Made by a program: the position numbers and the translations under genes. The notes beneath the pieces were generated by a model that worked only from the letters and a program-made list of their open reading frames with translations, did not search any database and was not told the DNA's origin. Below are positions 52,301 to 64,000 of a stretch of DNA of 64,000 nucleotides, piece by piece (the first letter of the stretch is position 1; each line of letters starts with the position of its first letter). This DNA comes from Octopus sinensis (lineage: Eukaryota): assembly GCF_006345805.1 (NCBI RefSeq), contig NC_043007.1, positions 29,884,001-29,948,000 on the forward strand. Direction: 5' to 3'.

Positions 52301-55300
52301 CAGAGATGCCTGAATGGAGAGAGTATGGGCCCAGCGTGTGTGCTGGGGAGGAGAAGTAGCCAGTGATATAATTGTGCTAGGAAAGAAAGAGAATGGGGTG
52401 GGGGTGAAAGTGGACCCTGGTGGAGACCTCAGTTGATAGAATGAGGGACAGAAAGAGTTCCACCAATACACATGGAGAGTTTTGCTATCTGACAGAATGG
52501 GAGACAGATGCAGCCCTTAAGCAGGACATTTTTAATAGACTTGCATGCTATAGCCAAAATCTTTGTTGATGTTGAGGGCAACGCGTTACTTTTACCAAAT
52601 TCCTCCAGGACAAGAGCTTACTGGTGACACAGGAGAGTTGGTCAGATCTGGCTTGTTTTGGTATAACTGTGATGTAGCAGCATGTTGTGATGTTATTGAA
52701 TATTGATGGTAGAAATACACCACCAATTTTCTGGTTTCCCTTGGTTCCATTCCCATGCTGGATCATCTAATTTGCTTCAACAAAGAGAAGCCACATGATG
52801 GAAATTCCATGGAAATTCCCCAAAAGACTGCTGTTGTCATCAATTGTCTTTTTGTTAATAAACCTTCATGACACACCTTTGTTTATTCGTTAGAAACATT
52901 TGATAAAGTTGGAAACATTTCTTCCAATTCTAATAACCGAATGGTGTCAATATTTAAAACCAAATCGATTACCAAGTGTGAACCTCCTAACTGTTAGGCG
53001 CCCCACTGTTCCCTTTTCTTGAAGCATAACTGTGAAGGGCTTATATTTAGCTTTCCCTTTTTCATACTGGGACACTGTATTCCTCACAGAAAGAGTTATT
53101 AGGGGCTTAGCATGTGGTGTTTTTATCAAATTTATATGGAAGAAGAATATTTCCTCCACCTTCGCAATGTGTTATGAGGGAATCAACAAATGTGTTTTAT
53201 GAAGCTTTTGTAACACAATATGTTATTAATAAAGGACATGGGAAATTTAAGTGTCAACACAAGATTAAAAGAGGAACCGGATCATCAGATGCTGGGGAAT
53301 CGGTAGAGTTAGAACTGTATAACTGTAGGTTGTGATGTCAATGACCATTGATGAGGATATAACTGTGATGTGGTGTTCATTGGTGTAGTTTCTGATGGAG
53401 AATGTAAGAAAGAAAAGAAAGAAGAACCACCACATGAGAAATCTGCTTTTGAAAAACTGGATGACCACTGGCCAAGGTAAGACACGTTCATAATTACAAC
53501 ACATGCACACACACACACACACTCACTCCCTCATATACATATACACACTTTTGATTGTAATGTTCTTTGCCACCCTACATCTTTCATCTTCCTCTCCCCT
53601 ACTGATAATTACCACCTCCACCCTTGTTCAGCCTCCCCTGCATTACCACCCTCCCCCACCCACCTCTCTCCTCTTTCTGCACCTATAAACTCATCCACCC
53701 GCCCTTCCACAGACTCACCTTTTTGGGTATAAGAGAATAGGCTCTGACATCCCTTTGCCACCCTTATATATAATATACTTATTTCTTTACTACCCAGAAG
53801 GGGCTAAACACAGAGGGGACAAACAAGGACAGACAAAGGGATTAAGTCGATTATATCGACCCTAGTGCGTAACTGGTACTTAATTTATTGACCCCGAAAG
53901 GATGAAAGGCAAAGTCGACCTTGGCGGAATTTGAACTCAGAACGACTGTGGTGCTGGTGGTGTAGTTGCCAGGCATCTCTTCCCTAGCAACATGCCTGTG
54001 CCTGTCCCTCTGTCATACTTTGACCTTTCAACACTCACCACAAAGCCACCTCGCTCCCTCTTTCCTTTTCAGCTTTAGGGTTTTGTCCTGCAAGTTACTG
54101 AGTGACCTCATTAATGGTGGAGTACATAGGGTGGGGGAAATCACTCAGAACTCTCTGCAAAATGGTTGGCATCTGGAAGGGAATCCATCCATAGAAACTA
54201 AGCCAAAGCAGACCCGGAAGCATGAGGGTTCTGTGTGGCTCATTATTGGATCCTGTCGAACCGTCCAACCCATGCCAACATGGAAGGCAGACTTTATGTG
54301 ATGATGATGATGATGATGGTGATGATGGAGTTGATGATAATGATGATGGTGGTAGTGTTGATGATGATGTTGATGATGGTGATGGTGGTGGCAGTGGTGG
54401 TGGTGGTGGTGGTGGTGGTGATGATGATGTTGATGATGGTGATGGTGGTGGTGGTGGTGGTGGTGGTGATGTTGATGGTGGTGGTGGTGGTGGTGGTGGT
54501 GGCAGTGGTGGTGGTGGTGAAGGTGGTGGTGGTGGTGATGGTGGTGGTGGTGGTGGTGGTGGTGGTGGTGGTGGTGGTGGTGGTGGTGGTGGTGGTGGTG
54601 GTGGTGGTGGTGGTGGTGGTGGTGATGATGATGATGGTGATATTACTGCCCACTATACCCTGTTATATTAGTTTGCACCATTCTGTTACCCCACAGACTG
54701 ACCAAGAAATTCCTCCGCCAACACTGCAAGGAGCACAAACTGTATCAAACCCCTGAGCTAAACGATGTCCTTTACCTACACTTCAAAGGTGAGTACGTTT
54801 CGGTTGATGTTGGTAGGAAAGCGAGAGGTTCCTACGTTTGAGATAAAGGTCTTCTAGTGTTGATTCTCTTTGAATACCCTGGGTGCTTTTAGCAGGATTG
54901 TAGGCCTCATAATCCACCTGGCCCTTTGGTGCTTCCCGTAGGGTGGTTGGTCCAATTTGGCTCTAACTGTTGGCCTATAGGTGTCTCTAGTGGGCAGCTG
55001 GATCCATCACACCTTAACAGGGTGGAAGATGCTGCACACTTGAGGGTCTGGCTGTGAAACTGATGTGGTGGTCACATGACGGATTGTCCAACCAGCCAGG
55101 ACAGCTTGACCTACTAGAAATAACAGCTAAACCTCCCCCATTCTGCCATCTTAAAAAGGAAGGGCATATTGGATAAGTTTCAGATCCACTGAATAAAAGA
55201 CTTGACAGTCAGGACTGAAGCATTTTTGTGTGCAAGGACTGACCCAGGGCTAAACAACAACAACAACAACAATTACATGTTGTTGAACAGAATTAATTGT

Positions 55301-56878
55301 AGAATTGTTTACATTTCTAATTGTTGTAAAGGAATTAATGATGTGAATGTTTTAATTAATTAGTAACATGGTTGCTTGGCAACTGTGAGATTTGGAGTTT
55401 AGCTGTCATTTATTTGGTTTCTTGGTGTTTTCTGTCTCAAATTGTTTTTTTGTTTTTGTTTTGTATTTCTCTCATTTCTGTGTCTGGGGTCTCTTCTTTT
55501 GTGCAGGTATTTATAAAATTGAGAATCTTGAAGAATATGTTGGCCTGAAGTGTCTTTGGTTAGAAAATAATGGACTGAATAGGATTGAGAACCTTGACCG
55601 TCAGGTCGAAATGAAGTGCCTCTATCTGCAGCAGAATCTCATCTACAAGATTGAAAACTTGGAATCGATGCATAAATTGTCCAATTTAAACCTTTGCCAC
55701 AACATGATTGAAACCATTGAGAATTTGTGTGAGTTGCAGGTTCCGTGTTTCTCTCTGGGGAAATGGTATGAAGGGCAGATTGCTTATTATGGCTTTGGGA
55801 AAATATAAAAAGTCAGCTGGTTTTATCTTGGGGGAAAGGAAACTATTTGAAACCCTGCTAACATGTTACCAATGTATCAGTAATCACACTTTGTCGGGGT
55901 CAAATTATAAGGGAGTGAAGCTGCATAGGAAATAATGAAGTAGAGACTTGAAAGGGGTCAGGTTGTGTACTGACCCCTTTGCACTGATGTTATGTACTGT
56001 ATCACCTACTCATGAATTAGGGTATGGAAATGTGGAGTGCCTGACATGAGTGGAGTTTGAGTTGAGGTTAATGGCTTTCTTTGGAAATTTGAGTGAGTTA
56101 TTTGAGTGGAGTCTGTTGTAATATGAAAATATGGAAATTGAAGAGTGTGACTTGAGTAGAGTCTTTTGAGTGTGGACTTTAGTATCTGTGGAAGCTGTTG
56201 AAGATATTCCAAGGACAGTGGAAGGTGTTGGGGATTGTTCAAAGACAGCAGAAGCTGTTGAAGATTCTTCAAAGATAATAGAATCTGCTGAAAATGTTCC
56301 AAAAATAGTGGAATTGGAGATTGGTTCTTTCTGTAAATAGCATTCAGATATAAGGTATAAAAACATTATCAAGTTATCCTTGAAAATATTCCTGTTGAAT
56401 TATCTACGAGATGTGCAGGGCCAAAAGTCACAGAGATTAAAAATGGAATTGGTGCATTTTGTATGGTTGCAACGGATGAAGCCATCAGATTCTGGCCACA
56501 GATCACAATATGCAGTCAGGCTTTGTGACTTTTGGCTCACCCTCTATATATAATTATAAACATATTCAGATCGAATCAAATATACTTTGAAATTATAATT
56601 ATAATTCTCAACTGTTTTTACATTTTTTGTCTCTCGTTGCAGCCTGCTTACCCCAGCTGAGCACCCTCCAGATAACCCACAACAAACTATCCACCCTGAA
56701 ATCTGTAATCCACCTCAAAGACTGTCCGTCCATTTCAGTGTTGGATCTTTCTCATAACAGACTTGAACAACCAGAAATTGTCGAAGAAGTCTTTGCCAAA
56801 ATGCCTGCCTTGGTTCGTAGTTCTTCTTCTTCCTATCACCATTGTTGTAGTTGATGTTTATATTTTGGATAATATATA

Positions 56879-56927
<49 letters not shown>

Positions 56928-59900
56928 AGATAGAAAGCAATATAGGTGCTACTCAGCACCCTCAATCACAGTGAGTGACAATTGAATTTTTCCTTTTTGG
57001 TTATATATATATATATATATAAACATAATCAAATAGGGTAATAAAATAAATTATTATTACCATTGGCCAAGCACAAAAAACGAATTAGTCATTAGACTAT
57101 ATATTATTCATATAGAAATACAATAAAAGGCTTCCAAATAAGGAAGCGTAGTGCTAGAAACACAAAAAGGGATAAATTCATGAAAGGAATGAAAATTAAA
57201 AACATTTACCATCTCAGCTCTATCCCAGACCGAACGGTTTCTGTGTGTTTGCTAAAAAAGAGGTAGAAACCGTTCGGTCTGGGATATAGCTGAGATGGTA
57301 AATGTTTTTAATTTTCATTCCTTTCATGAATTTATCCCTTTTTGTGTTTCTAGCACTACGCTTCCTTATTTGGAAGCCTTTTATTATATTTCTATATATA
57401 TAAATTTATAAATCAAGAAGATGGAATGAATAGGCTTTAATCACAAATCACAACAACTGTTTCCGTGCTTTTATGTTTTATTGCATAAAATATTATAGAA
57501 ATAATCACATAAATAAATATGACCCAGCTGCAGCAGCTATTTAATTGATGTGTGCTTGTGTTTCAGAGAGATGTTAGACAAGATATTCCACTCTTTCCCC
57601 CTTGTCTGTTGTATAATATGTGTAACTGTTATTTCTTGTTTTTTTTCAGGGAGTTTTATATTTGATTGGGAATCCTGTTATCAGAAACATCAAGAATTAC
57701 AGGAAACATGTTACCGTGGCAATTGTAAGCGAGATACATTAATTCTAGCTGTTTGACTTGAAAGTGTGTGTGTGTGTGTGTTTTATATGAGTGCAGATAA
57801 TATGTGCATGTTTGTGTCTGAATGTGTTTGTGTGCCTATGTGTGTGAGTATGTGTATGTGTGTATGCACAATGATTCAGCCTCTAAACCAGCCCCATCTG
57901 GACCCAGATATTCTCCTTGTTTTATGTTCAGACTGGCCCCATCCAGCCCCTCACACCTAGAACATGCCGTACCAGTAATGGCACCCAAATAGATTAAAAC
58001 AACTGATGTAAATGATCTTGTTGTTGCTGTTGTTTAGCCCTTGGTCAGTCCTGATTAAACAAACCCACGATGGAAAGCATCTCAGGATTTTTTCATTAGA
58101 ACTAATTCCATTTTCTTTTCCATGTTTTGACTCCTGCACCAGATTAGTAACGTGGCAAGTAGGAAAAGAGGTCTAATAACACTGAAACCTGTCCTCCATA
58201 CTGCCTTCTGATGAAACCAGATTTGAATTTGTATTATAGTAGAGTATGGAAGAGCTAACATTACCCTAGAGTAGGGGATTCCCATAAGAAGACATTTAAG
58301 GATTAAAATCATGGGGGTATATTACCGTATGTAGTAAAATGAAATGGTTTTAACCTTTATAATTTGTCTGCATCCTTGGTCAAGAATGAAGAATTATAGG
58401 GATGAAGATTCTAGTTTCCATTTTCATTAAAAAGGAGAGGGCCAAAACCTTTCCCTTGTATTTTGGTTTTGGTAGTAGTGGTGGTGGTGGAGGTGTTGAT
58501 GATGATGGTGGTGCTGGTGGTGGTGGTGGGGGTGGGGGTGTTGATGATGATGGTGGTGCTGGTGGTGGTGGGGATGGGGGGTTGGAGATGATGGTGGTGC
58601 TGGTGGTGGGGGTGGGGGTGGGGGTGTTGATGATGATGGTGGTGCTGGTGGTGTGGTGGGGTGGGGGTGTTGATGATGATGGTGGTGCTGGTGGTGGTGG
58701 TGGGGATGGGGGTGTTGATGATGATGGTGGTGCTGGTGGTGGGGGGGGGGTGGGGGTGTTGATGGGTGGGGGGTGGGGGTGGGGGGTGTTGATGATGATG
58801 GTGGTGCTGTTGTGGTGTGGGGGTGTTGGTGATGATGGTGGTTGGGGTGGGGGTGTTGATGATGATGGTGGTGCTGGTGGTGGTGGTGGGGGTGGGGGTG
58901 TTGATGATGATGTTGGTGCTGGTGGTGGTGGTGGGGGTTTTGATGATGATGGTGGTGGGGGTGGGGTTTGATGATGATGGTGGTGCTGGTGGTGTGTGGG
59001 GGTGGGGGTTTTGATGATGATGGTGGTGGTGGTGGTGGGGGTGGGGGTGTTGATGATGATGGTGGTGGTGGGGGTGGGGGGTGGGGGTGTTGATGATGAT
59101 GGTGGTGCTGGTGGTGGTGGTGGGGGTGGGGGTGTTGATGATGATGGTGGTGCTGGTGGTGGTGGTGGGGGGTTGGGGTGTTGATGATGATGGTGGTGCT
59201 GGTGTGGTGGTGGGGGTGGGGGTTTGTTGATGATGATGGTGGTGGTGGTGGTGGTGGTGGGGTGGGGGTGTTGATGATGATGGTGGTGCTGGTGGTGTGG
59301 TGGTGGGTGGGGGTGTTGATGATGATGGTTGTGGTGGGGGTGGGGGTGGGGGTGGGGGTGTGATGATGATGGATGTGGTGCTGGTGGTGGTGGTGGGGGT
59401 GGGGGTGTTGATGATGATGGTGGTGGTGTGGTGTGGTGGGGGTGGGGGTGTTGTGTGATGATGGTGGTGGTGGTGGTGGTGTGTGGTGCAATCTTTCTGT
59501 CACTCACTTTTTTCTCGTTATTGTCATACTCTGATTAATTCCCCACTTGATGACATAAATACTTAATTATTTTGCTTCATGCCAGTAATTGCATTCGTAA
59601 ATTGATTTTTAATTAATAGTCAATAGTTCTTGATTAGATATCCAAAGTAACGTTTATAAACTGAATTTTGGCAGAAAAGCCTGAAGTATTTGGATGATCG
59701 ACCGGTTTTCCCTCGAGACCGTGCCTGCTCTGAAGCATGGTAGGTATTTCAGACATCAGCACAACTTTTTATACACACTCGAAGATATAATATGTGTGTG
59801 TGTGTGTGTGTATATATATATGTATATAATACAAATAAGAAAAAGTTGATTAACCAACTAAATTGTTTCTGCATTTCCTTATTTGTATTATAAATTAATG

Positions 59901-60910
59901 GTAAAATATTTCTTTACCTTCACCCGTTTAATACAATAAATAAGTTAATTGCATTGCAATTAAAAACACTTGTGTATTAATAATTTGGGTATTATACCAA
60001 CAGTATATTGGATAGATATTATCCCTTAGTGGGTTGCACCCATAACCCCTATCTTACTTGGTGTTATATATGTATATATACGTGTGTGTGTGTGTGTGTA
60101 TGTTTATTCACTATAAAGACACAACTGTATATACATCCATATGTCCATCTATACACAGCATATATAGCATTATAAATAGTATTCCTTCTTGTTTGGACAA
60201 GAGTCTAAGATGACCTGAAAAGGTCAACAAATTAATGTCCTTTTACTCTTGACTGTGTTATGAACGATATATCTGACCAGTTAACGCTCACTGACCAGGT
60301 CCAGTGGCAGATTTGCTGTGGTAGTTGTGTCAGTGTATCTCGGCATCAGAGGCTGTCAGAATAAATAAGAGAACAATTACCAAGGAATTCACTGACACAG
60401 CGAGACCCATCGATGGATTCTTTTCCTATCACTGCACTGATACTTAATTCTCAATGGCTCAATTCAGCTAGCTGTAAATAGGTACCATGAGGTTGTACAG
60501 CTCGTTGAGTATTATAGATGGTGCCACCCTCATCAGACTGATGAATGCAATGCTGTGTTCAAAGCATTTCTGTGGCACTGTGCCATGACTGAAAATAGAG
60601 AATCTCTCAACAATTGTATTACGGTTGGCACTACATTAACACTTATTCAACACTGCCCTAACACTGCAAAGTTTACTGATGCCACAAGAAACCTACACAC
60701 ACAATCAGAATGTATTTGTGATGGTGGTACAGCTGTTGTAGCATGGCCTGTACCATGACGAAGTAAATGTGAAGAATGTTGTTGTTATTGCTGTTGTTTC
60801 TATGACAGGGCCAGAGGTGGAATAGAAGCAGAGAAGATAGAACGACAGATTTGGATTGATAAAGAAAACAAACGAATTCAAGACAGTGTGGATGGTTGGT
60901 TGAGTATTGC

Positions 60911-60953
<43 letters not shown>

Positions 60954-62731
60954 GAGTGAGAGAGCTGTGCATGCCATCAAAGTGACACTGGGGTAAAATA
61001 TATGAAGCCCAGTATACCCATCATGACTACCCATCTGATAAGGGTACGCTAGGCACATGCATCACAACCATGGTGATCTCATATCAAGATAAACAGCACA
61101 TGACCTTGCAGGTGGGGCCCAGTTAGAATTTTCTTCTGGTCTAGTGACCCATCTCGCTCAAAAGGTCCCTGAATAAGGGTTGTTTAAGGATGTTGAATGA
61201 AACACCCATGTTTCCAGAGGTGAATTATTCAAACCCCAAACAATCCCTCTCAACACACGGCTATGATGCTCCCCCACTACTTCTGCTCGTGATCAGAGAT
61301 GCATATATCGTCAGCCACTAAGGGACATTCTCAACTGGTTATGGTCAAACAGCTGACAAGCAAATCTGGGGTATTGAGCAGAATATTTGCTGTAGCCCAT
61401 TATTATTATTATTATATTATTATTATTATTATTATTATTATTATCCTTATTATTATTATTTGGTAGTCTTATTTTTATCATGTGCTTTCACTGCACTATT
61501 GAGCACATTTGTGTGTGCCTTGGGTATGTTCTGTGGTTTGTTGTGGTGCTCTTATTTTCAATGTAGTGAAAGTGTTTTATGTGGGATGTGTGCAGTGCCT
61601 AGTTGTGCTATTTTCTGCATGTTATTATTATTATTATTATCATTATTGTGCTTTTTTTACCCAACATTTGCTGTAAACTATTTTGTTTTTATATTGTTCT
61701 CCTCGTGTGTTGCCCTGGTGGCAAATAAAAGAAATTGTTACTTTTATTTTTTAATCCTCAAAATCGTTATCGCATCAGACAAAGTGCTCAGCAGCATTTC
61801 TTTTGGTTCCTTTCATTCTTAGTTCAAATCTTGCCGAGATCGGGATAGATGAATGTGTGTGTGTGTATGTATGTATATACGTATATATGTATGTATCTGT
61901 GTGTGAATGTGTGTGTGTGTATCTGTGTGTGTGTGTGTTTGTGCGTGTATGTGAATTAAACAATTCTGTACATAGAAATCAGTGGTGGCCTTTGTTGTAG
62001 AGAGCTGTTAATGTGGCTAAAATGAGATGAAGGGTGAGAGACCCAAGGAATCCAATTTCTCTCCTCGGCATACGATCTTCTTTAGAAACTCCTAAAATTT
62101 TATATAACCATATTTTTCTACTCTTGAATACTTTGAGCATTATTTGTAGTGAGTGTGTGAGTGTGTGTGTAGTGTGTGTGTAGCACAGGTGTCACCGTGT
62201 GTTGCTGTAACGAGTAATAAACTGTGTTGTGTTTCCGCTGTCTGTTTGTAGCTCTGTTGAAGATTCGGCAAAAAAGTGAGGCAAAGAAGATTCAGAAGAA
62301 ACTGGACGAGAAATTGTTGGAACGGGGAGATGCGGAGAGTAAGCAAAGAGAAGTTGTTATCGAGGAGAGCATTGACTGGTTGTATGGGACGTACAAGACA
62401 AAATGGGTTGATGCGGAGAAGGGAGGGGACGGAGACGAAGCGAAAACAGGGGGGGAAGAAGGACTGGGAGGAAATGCAACGAAGCCAAAGGAAGAAGAGG
62501 GAAAATGTGTGGAAGAGAAAAGAGAAGAGCAGACGGATGAAACTGTTAAGGAGGAGGAGGAGGAGGAGAAAAGTTTGGAAGAACAACAACAAGAGGAAAA
62601 TGTGGAAAAGAAGACTGCAGAGGTAATATAAAGGAATTGTTAAGTTTTGGTTTTTATCATTTGTAGGAAGAGTCAACAGGAATGGTTGTCTGTCTGTGAG
62701 TCTTTCTCTCTCTCTTGCTCTCTCACTCACA

Positions 62732-62763
<32 letters not shown>

Positions 62764-64000
62764 CTCCCTCTCTCGTATGTCTGTGTGTCTCATAAGGTTT
62801 GTTGCTGTTTATTTGATTTGATTTACATAATAATATTCAACTTGATGACACAGAAATTGAGGACAATACTTCCTGAAAACCAGGCAACTTGTCAACGTTC
62901 CAATGCATTGTGCGTGTGTGTGTGCATGCACTTACTTGGATATATATAATCTCTCACTCTCTGCAAGTGTGTATAGATCATCTGATCACATGATCGGCCA
63001 GACTATCAGATGTTGTTATACGTTGCTGGTCAGAATGCACTTTGCATCGTTTTAGCGTTTGAATGATGCCACCCTGCTAATCATAATTAGGTAAGCAGGC
63101 CAACATTCCCCCTAATCGGAAGGCTATTCTTACGCTGGGTTATCCATTTACAGCCGAGTGGACTGAGCAACATGAAATGAAGTGTCTTGCTCAAAAACAC
63201 AATGCATCACTTGGTCCAAGAATCACTGGTTTGTGAGTGTGACTGACCACTGACCACTGAGCCACATGCATTAACCATCCGTCTGTCTGTCCAGCCATCT
63301 GTCTGTCTGTATTTGAACAAAATAATGGCCTTTATGAATACATTTAGGCAAAAAGATTACTCTTAAACGCACACACACATCATCATCATCATCAACATCT
63401 TTTAACATCTATTCTCCATGTTGGGCATGGACAGTCTGACAGGGTCTGGCAAGGCTGGAGAGCTTCCCAGGTTCCAACTGCCTTGTTTTGCCATGGTTCC
63501 TACTGCTAGATGCCCTTCCTAATGCCAACCACTTCACAGTCTGTGCTAGGTGCTTTTTATGTGTCACTCGCATGGTCGCTGTATTTGTGGCAGTGACACG
63601 GGGACTTCCTGTAATTTGGCCCCATCCCTCAGTACGATACCTTGCTCAGTTGATGCTATGGAAAATGTCCCCAGTACATTCTGTGAAGTGGCTGGCATTT
63701 GGAAGTGGACCTAGAGCAGACAGTGGAGCTTGGCACAACATTCTGGCTTGTCGGTTCCTTTCAAACGGTCCGACTCATGCCAGCATTGGAAAAAGGACGT
63801 TGAATAATGATAACGATGAGGTGTGTGTGTGTGTGTAGTGATTTGGAACCGGTCCATATGAAATATCGTGTTACAAAGTGAAGATTGTATTTCAAAGTGT
63901 CATCTGGTGGAGAGATGTCTTGCCAATAATTGATCTGTTTGTTTCCATTTATAGACGACATCATTCAAGGAGGAGGTGAAGGAGGAGGAAGCAACTACTG
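49109..64000 (+). CDS. DNAAF1: Dynein axonemal assembly factor 1 (LRRC50/ODA7), 3' end beyond window
   Basis: join(49109-49316,50507-51910,53389-53476,54697-54788,55507-55728,56643-56812,57650-57724,59675-59739,60809-60894,62252-62622,63955->64000). All introns GT-AG, all phases consistent, no stops. [72 protein letters not shown] is the DNAAF1 signature. Confidence 0.95.
49841..50350 (+). mobile_element. hAT-type MITE interrupted by a repeat insertion
   Basis: Termini TAGTGGCTCCCAGCC and GGTTGGGAACCACTG (3' TIR duplicated at 50315 and 50336); no TSD found. Confidence 0.5.
50507..51910 (+). CDS. DNAAF1: DNAAF1 coding exon 2: 1404-bp exon of about 44 ten-residue repeats (xxExVGDCxK)
   Basis: TTTCAG|AT acceptor, ATG|GTAATT donor, phase 1-1, open for 468 codons, joins exons 1 and 3 in frame. 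Confidence 0.75.
53389..53476 (+). CDS. DNAAF1: DNAAF1 coding exon 3 (..EKLDDHWPR)
   Basis: GTAG|TT acceptor, AAG|GTAAGA donor; phase 1 to 2 completes the PR of the PRLTK motif. Confidence 0.85.
54697..54788 (+). CDS. DNAAF1: DNAAF1 exon 4 ([31 protein letters not shown])
   Basis: CAG| acceptor, AAG|GTGAGT donor; conserved motif. Confidence 0.95.
55507..55728 (+). CDS. DNAAF1: DNAAF1 exon 5 (LRRs)
   Basis: [41 protein letters not shown]; CAG|GT..T|GTGAGT. Confidence 0.96.
56643..56812 (+). CDS. DNAAF1: DNAAF1 exon 6 (LRRs)
   Basis: [29 protein letters not shown]; CAG|..TTG|GTTCGT. Confidence 0.95.
57111..57396. repeat. Near-perfect inverted repeat (132-bp arms, 22-nt loop) in DNAAF1 intron 6
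   Basis: 57111-57242 is the reverse complement of 57265-57396 with 2 mismatches that I could find. Confidence 0.95.
57650..57724 (+). CDS. DNAAF1: DNAAF1 exon 7 ([25 protein letters not shown])
   Basis: LRR cap motif LxLxGNP..YR; TTTCAG|..ATT|GTAAGC. Confidence 0.95.
58484..59485. repeat. G-rich minisatellite (GGTGTTGATGATGATGGTGGTGCTGGTGGTGGTGG-type unit) in DNAAF1 intron 7
   Basis: About 1 kb of GGT/GAT/GGGGT units; a related GGT/GAT tract lies at 54295-54645. Confidence 0.9.
59675..59739 (+). CDS. DNAAF1: DNAAF1 exon 8 ([22 protein letters not shown])
   Basis: GCAG|AAA..TG|GTAGGT; conserved motif. Confidence 0.95.
60809..60894 (+). CDS. DNAAF1: DNAAF1 exon 9 ([28 protein letters not shown])
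   Basis: ACAG|G..ATG|GTTGGT; continues W|ARGG. Confidence 0.92.
62252..62622 (+). CDS. DNAAF1: DNAAF1 exon 10 (coiled-coil, Glu/Lys-rich)
   Basis: TGTAG|CT gives D-A-L-L-K-I-R; donor GAG|GTAATA; open for 123 codons. Confidence 0.85.
63955..64000 (+). CDS. DNAAF1: DNAAF1 exon 11, partial ([15 protein letters not shown]..)
   Basis: TTTATAG| acceptor, phase 0 matches exon 10, Glu-rich; truncated by the window edge. Confidence 0.65.

Noticed and set aside
53235-53302. Alternative candidate for DNAAF1 exon 3 (DMGNLSV..GNR)
   Set aside because: No pyrimidine tract and wrong entry phase; 53389-53476 fits both phases and gives the conserved WPR motif.
58188-58225. GAAAC..GTC followed by CTGATGA (type II hammerhead order)
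   Set aside because: Neither stem I nor stem II can pair.
58380-59507. Long Pro/His-rich and Gly-rich ORFs (extensin- or GRP-like)
   Set aside because: They arise from a simple minisatellite inside a DNAAF1 intron, are open in several frames, and have no splice support.

Overview
Eukaryotic, AT-rich, extremely microsatellite- and SINE-rich animal genomic DNA. The repeat families and TATG/TATC/CA arrays look like an octopus (coleoid cephalopod) genome; this is an inference. Genes: (1) a clear InaF-motif microprotein gene (INAFM2-like, 8042-8329, minus strand); (2) a second, strongly diverged InaF-motif ORF 31 kb away on the same strand (39790-40098); (3) DNAAF1/LRRC50/ODA7 on the plus strand. 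For DNAAF1 I could rebuild 11 phase-consistent GT-AG coding exons from 49109 to the window end, including an unusual 1404-bp symmetric exon made of about 44 ten-residue Cys/acidic repeats. The rest is decayed mobile DNA: R4/Dong-like, Tx1-like and CR1-like LINEs, a Penelope-like element, a Gypsy remnant, a DD37D maT transposon, Helitron and hAT pieces, and tRNA-derived SINEs. The main signal not explained by the ORF track is a set of type I hammerhead ribozyme folds from several unrelated families. Five have an intact catalytic core, one family shows stem covariation, and two copies form an inverted pair. All structures were derived by eye; no database searches or folding programs were run.
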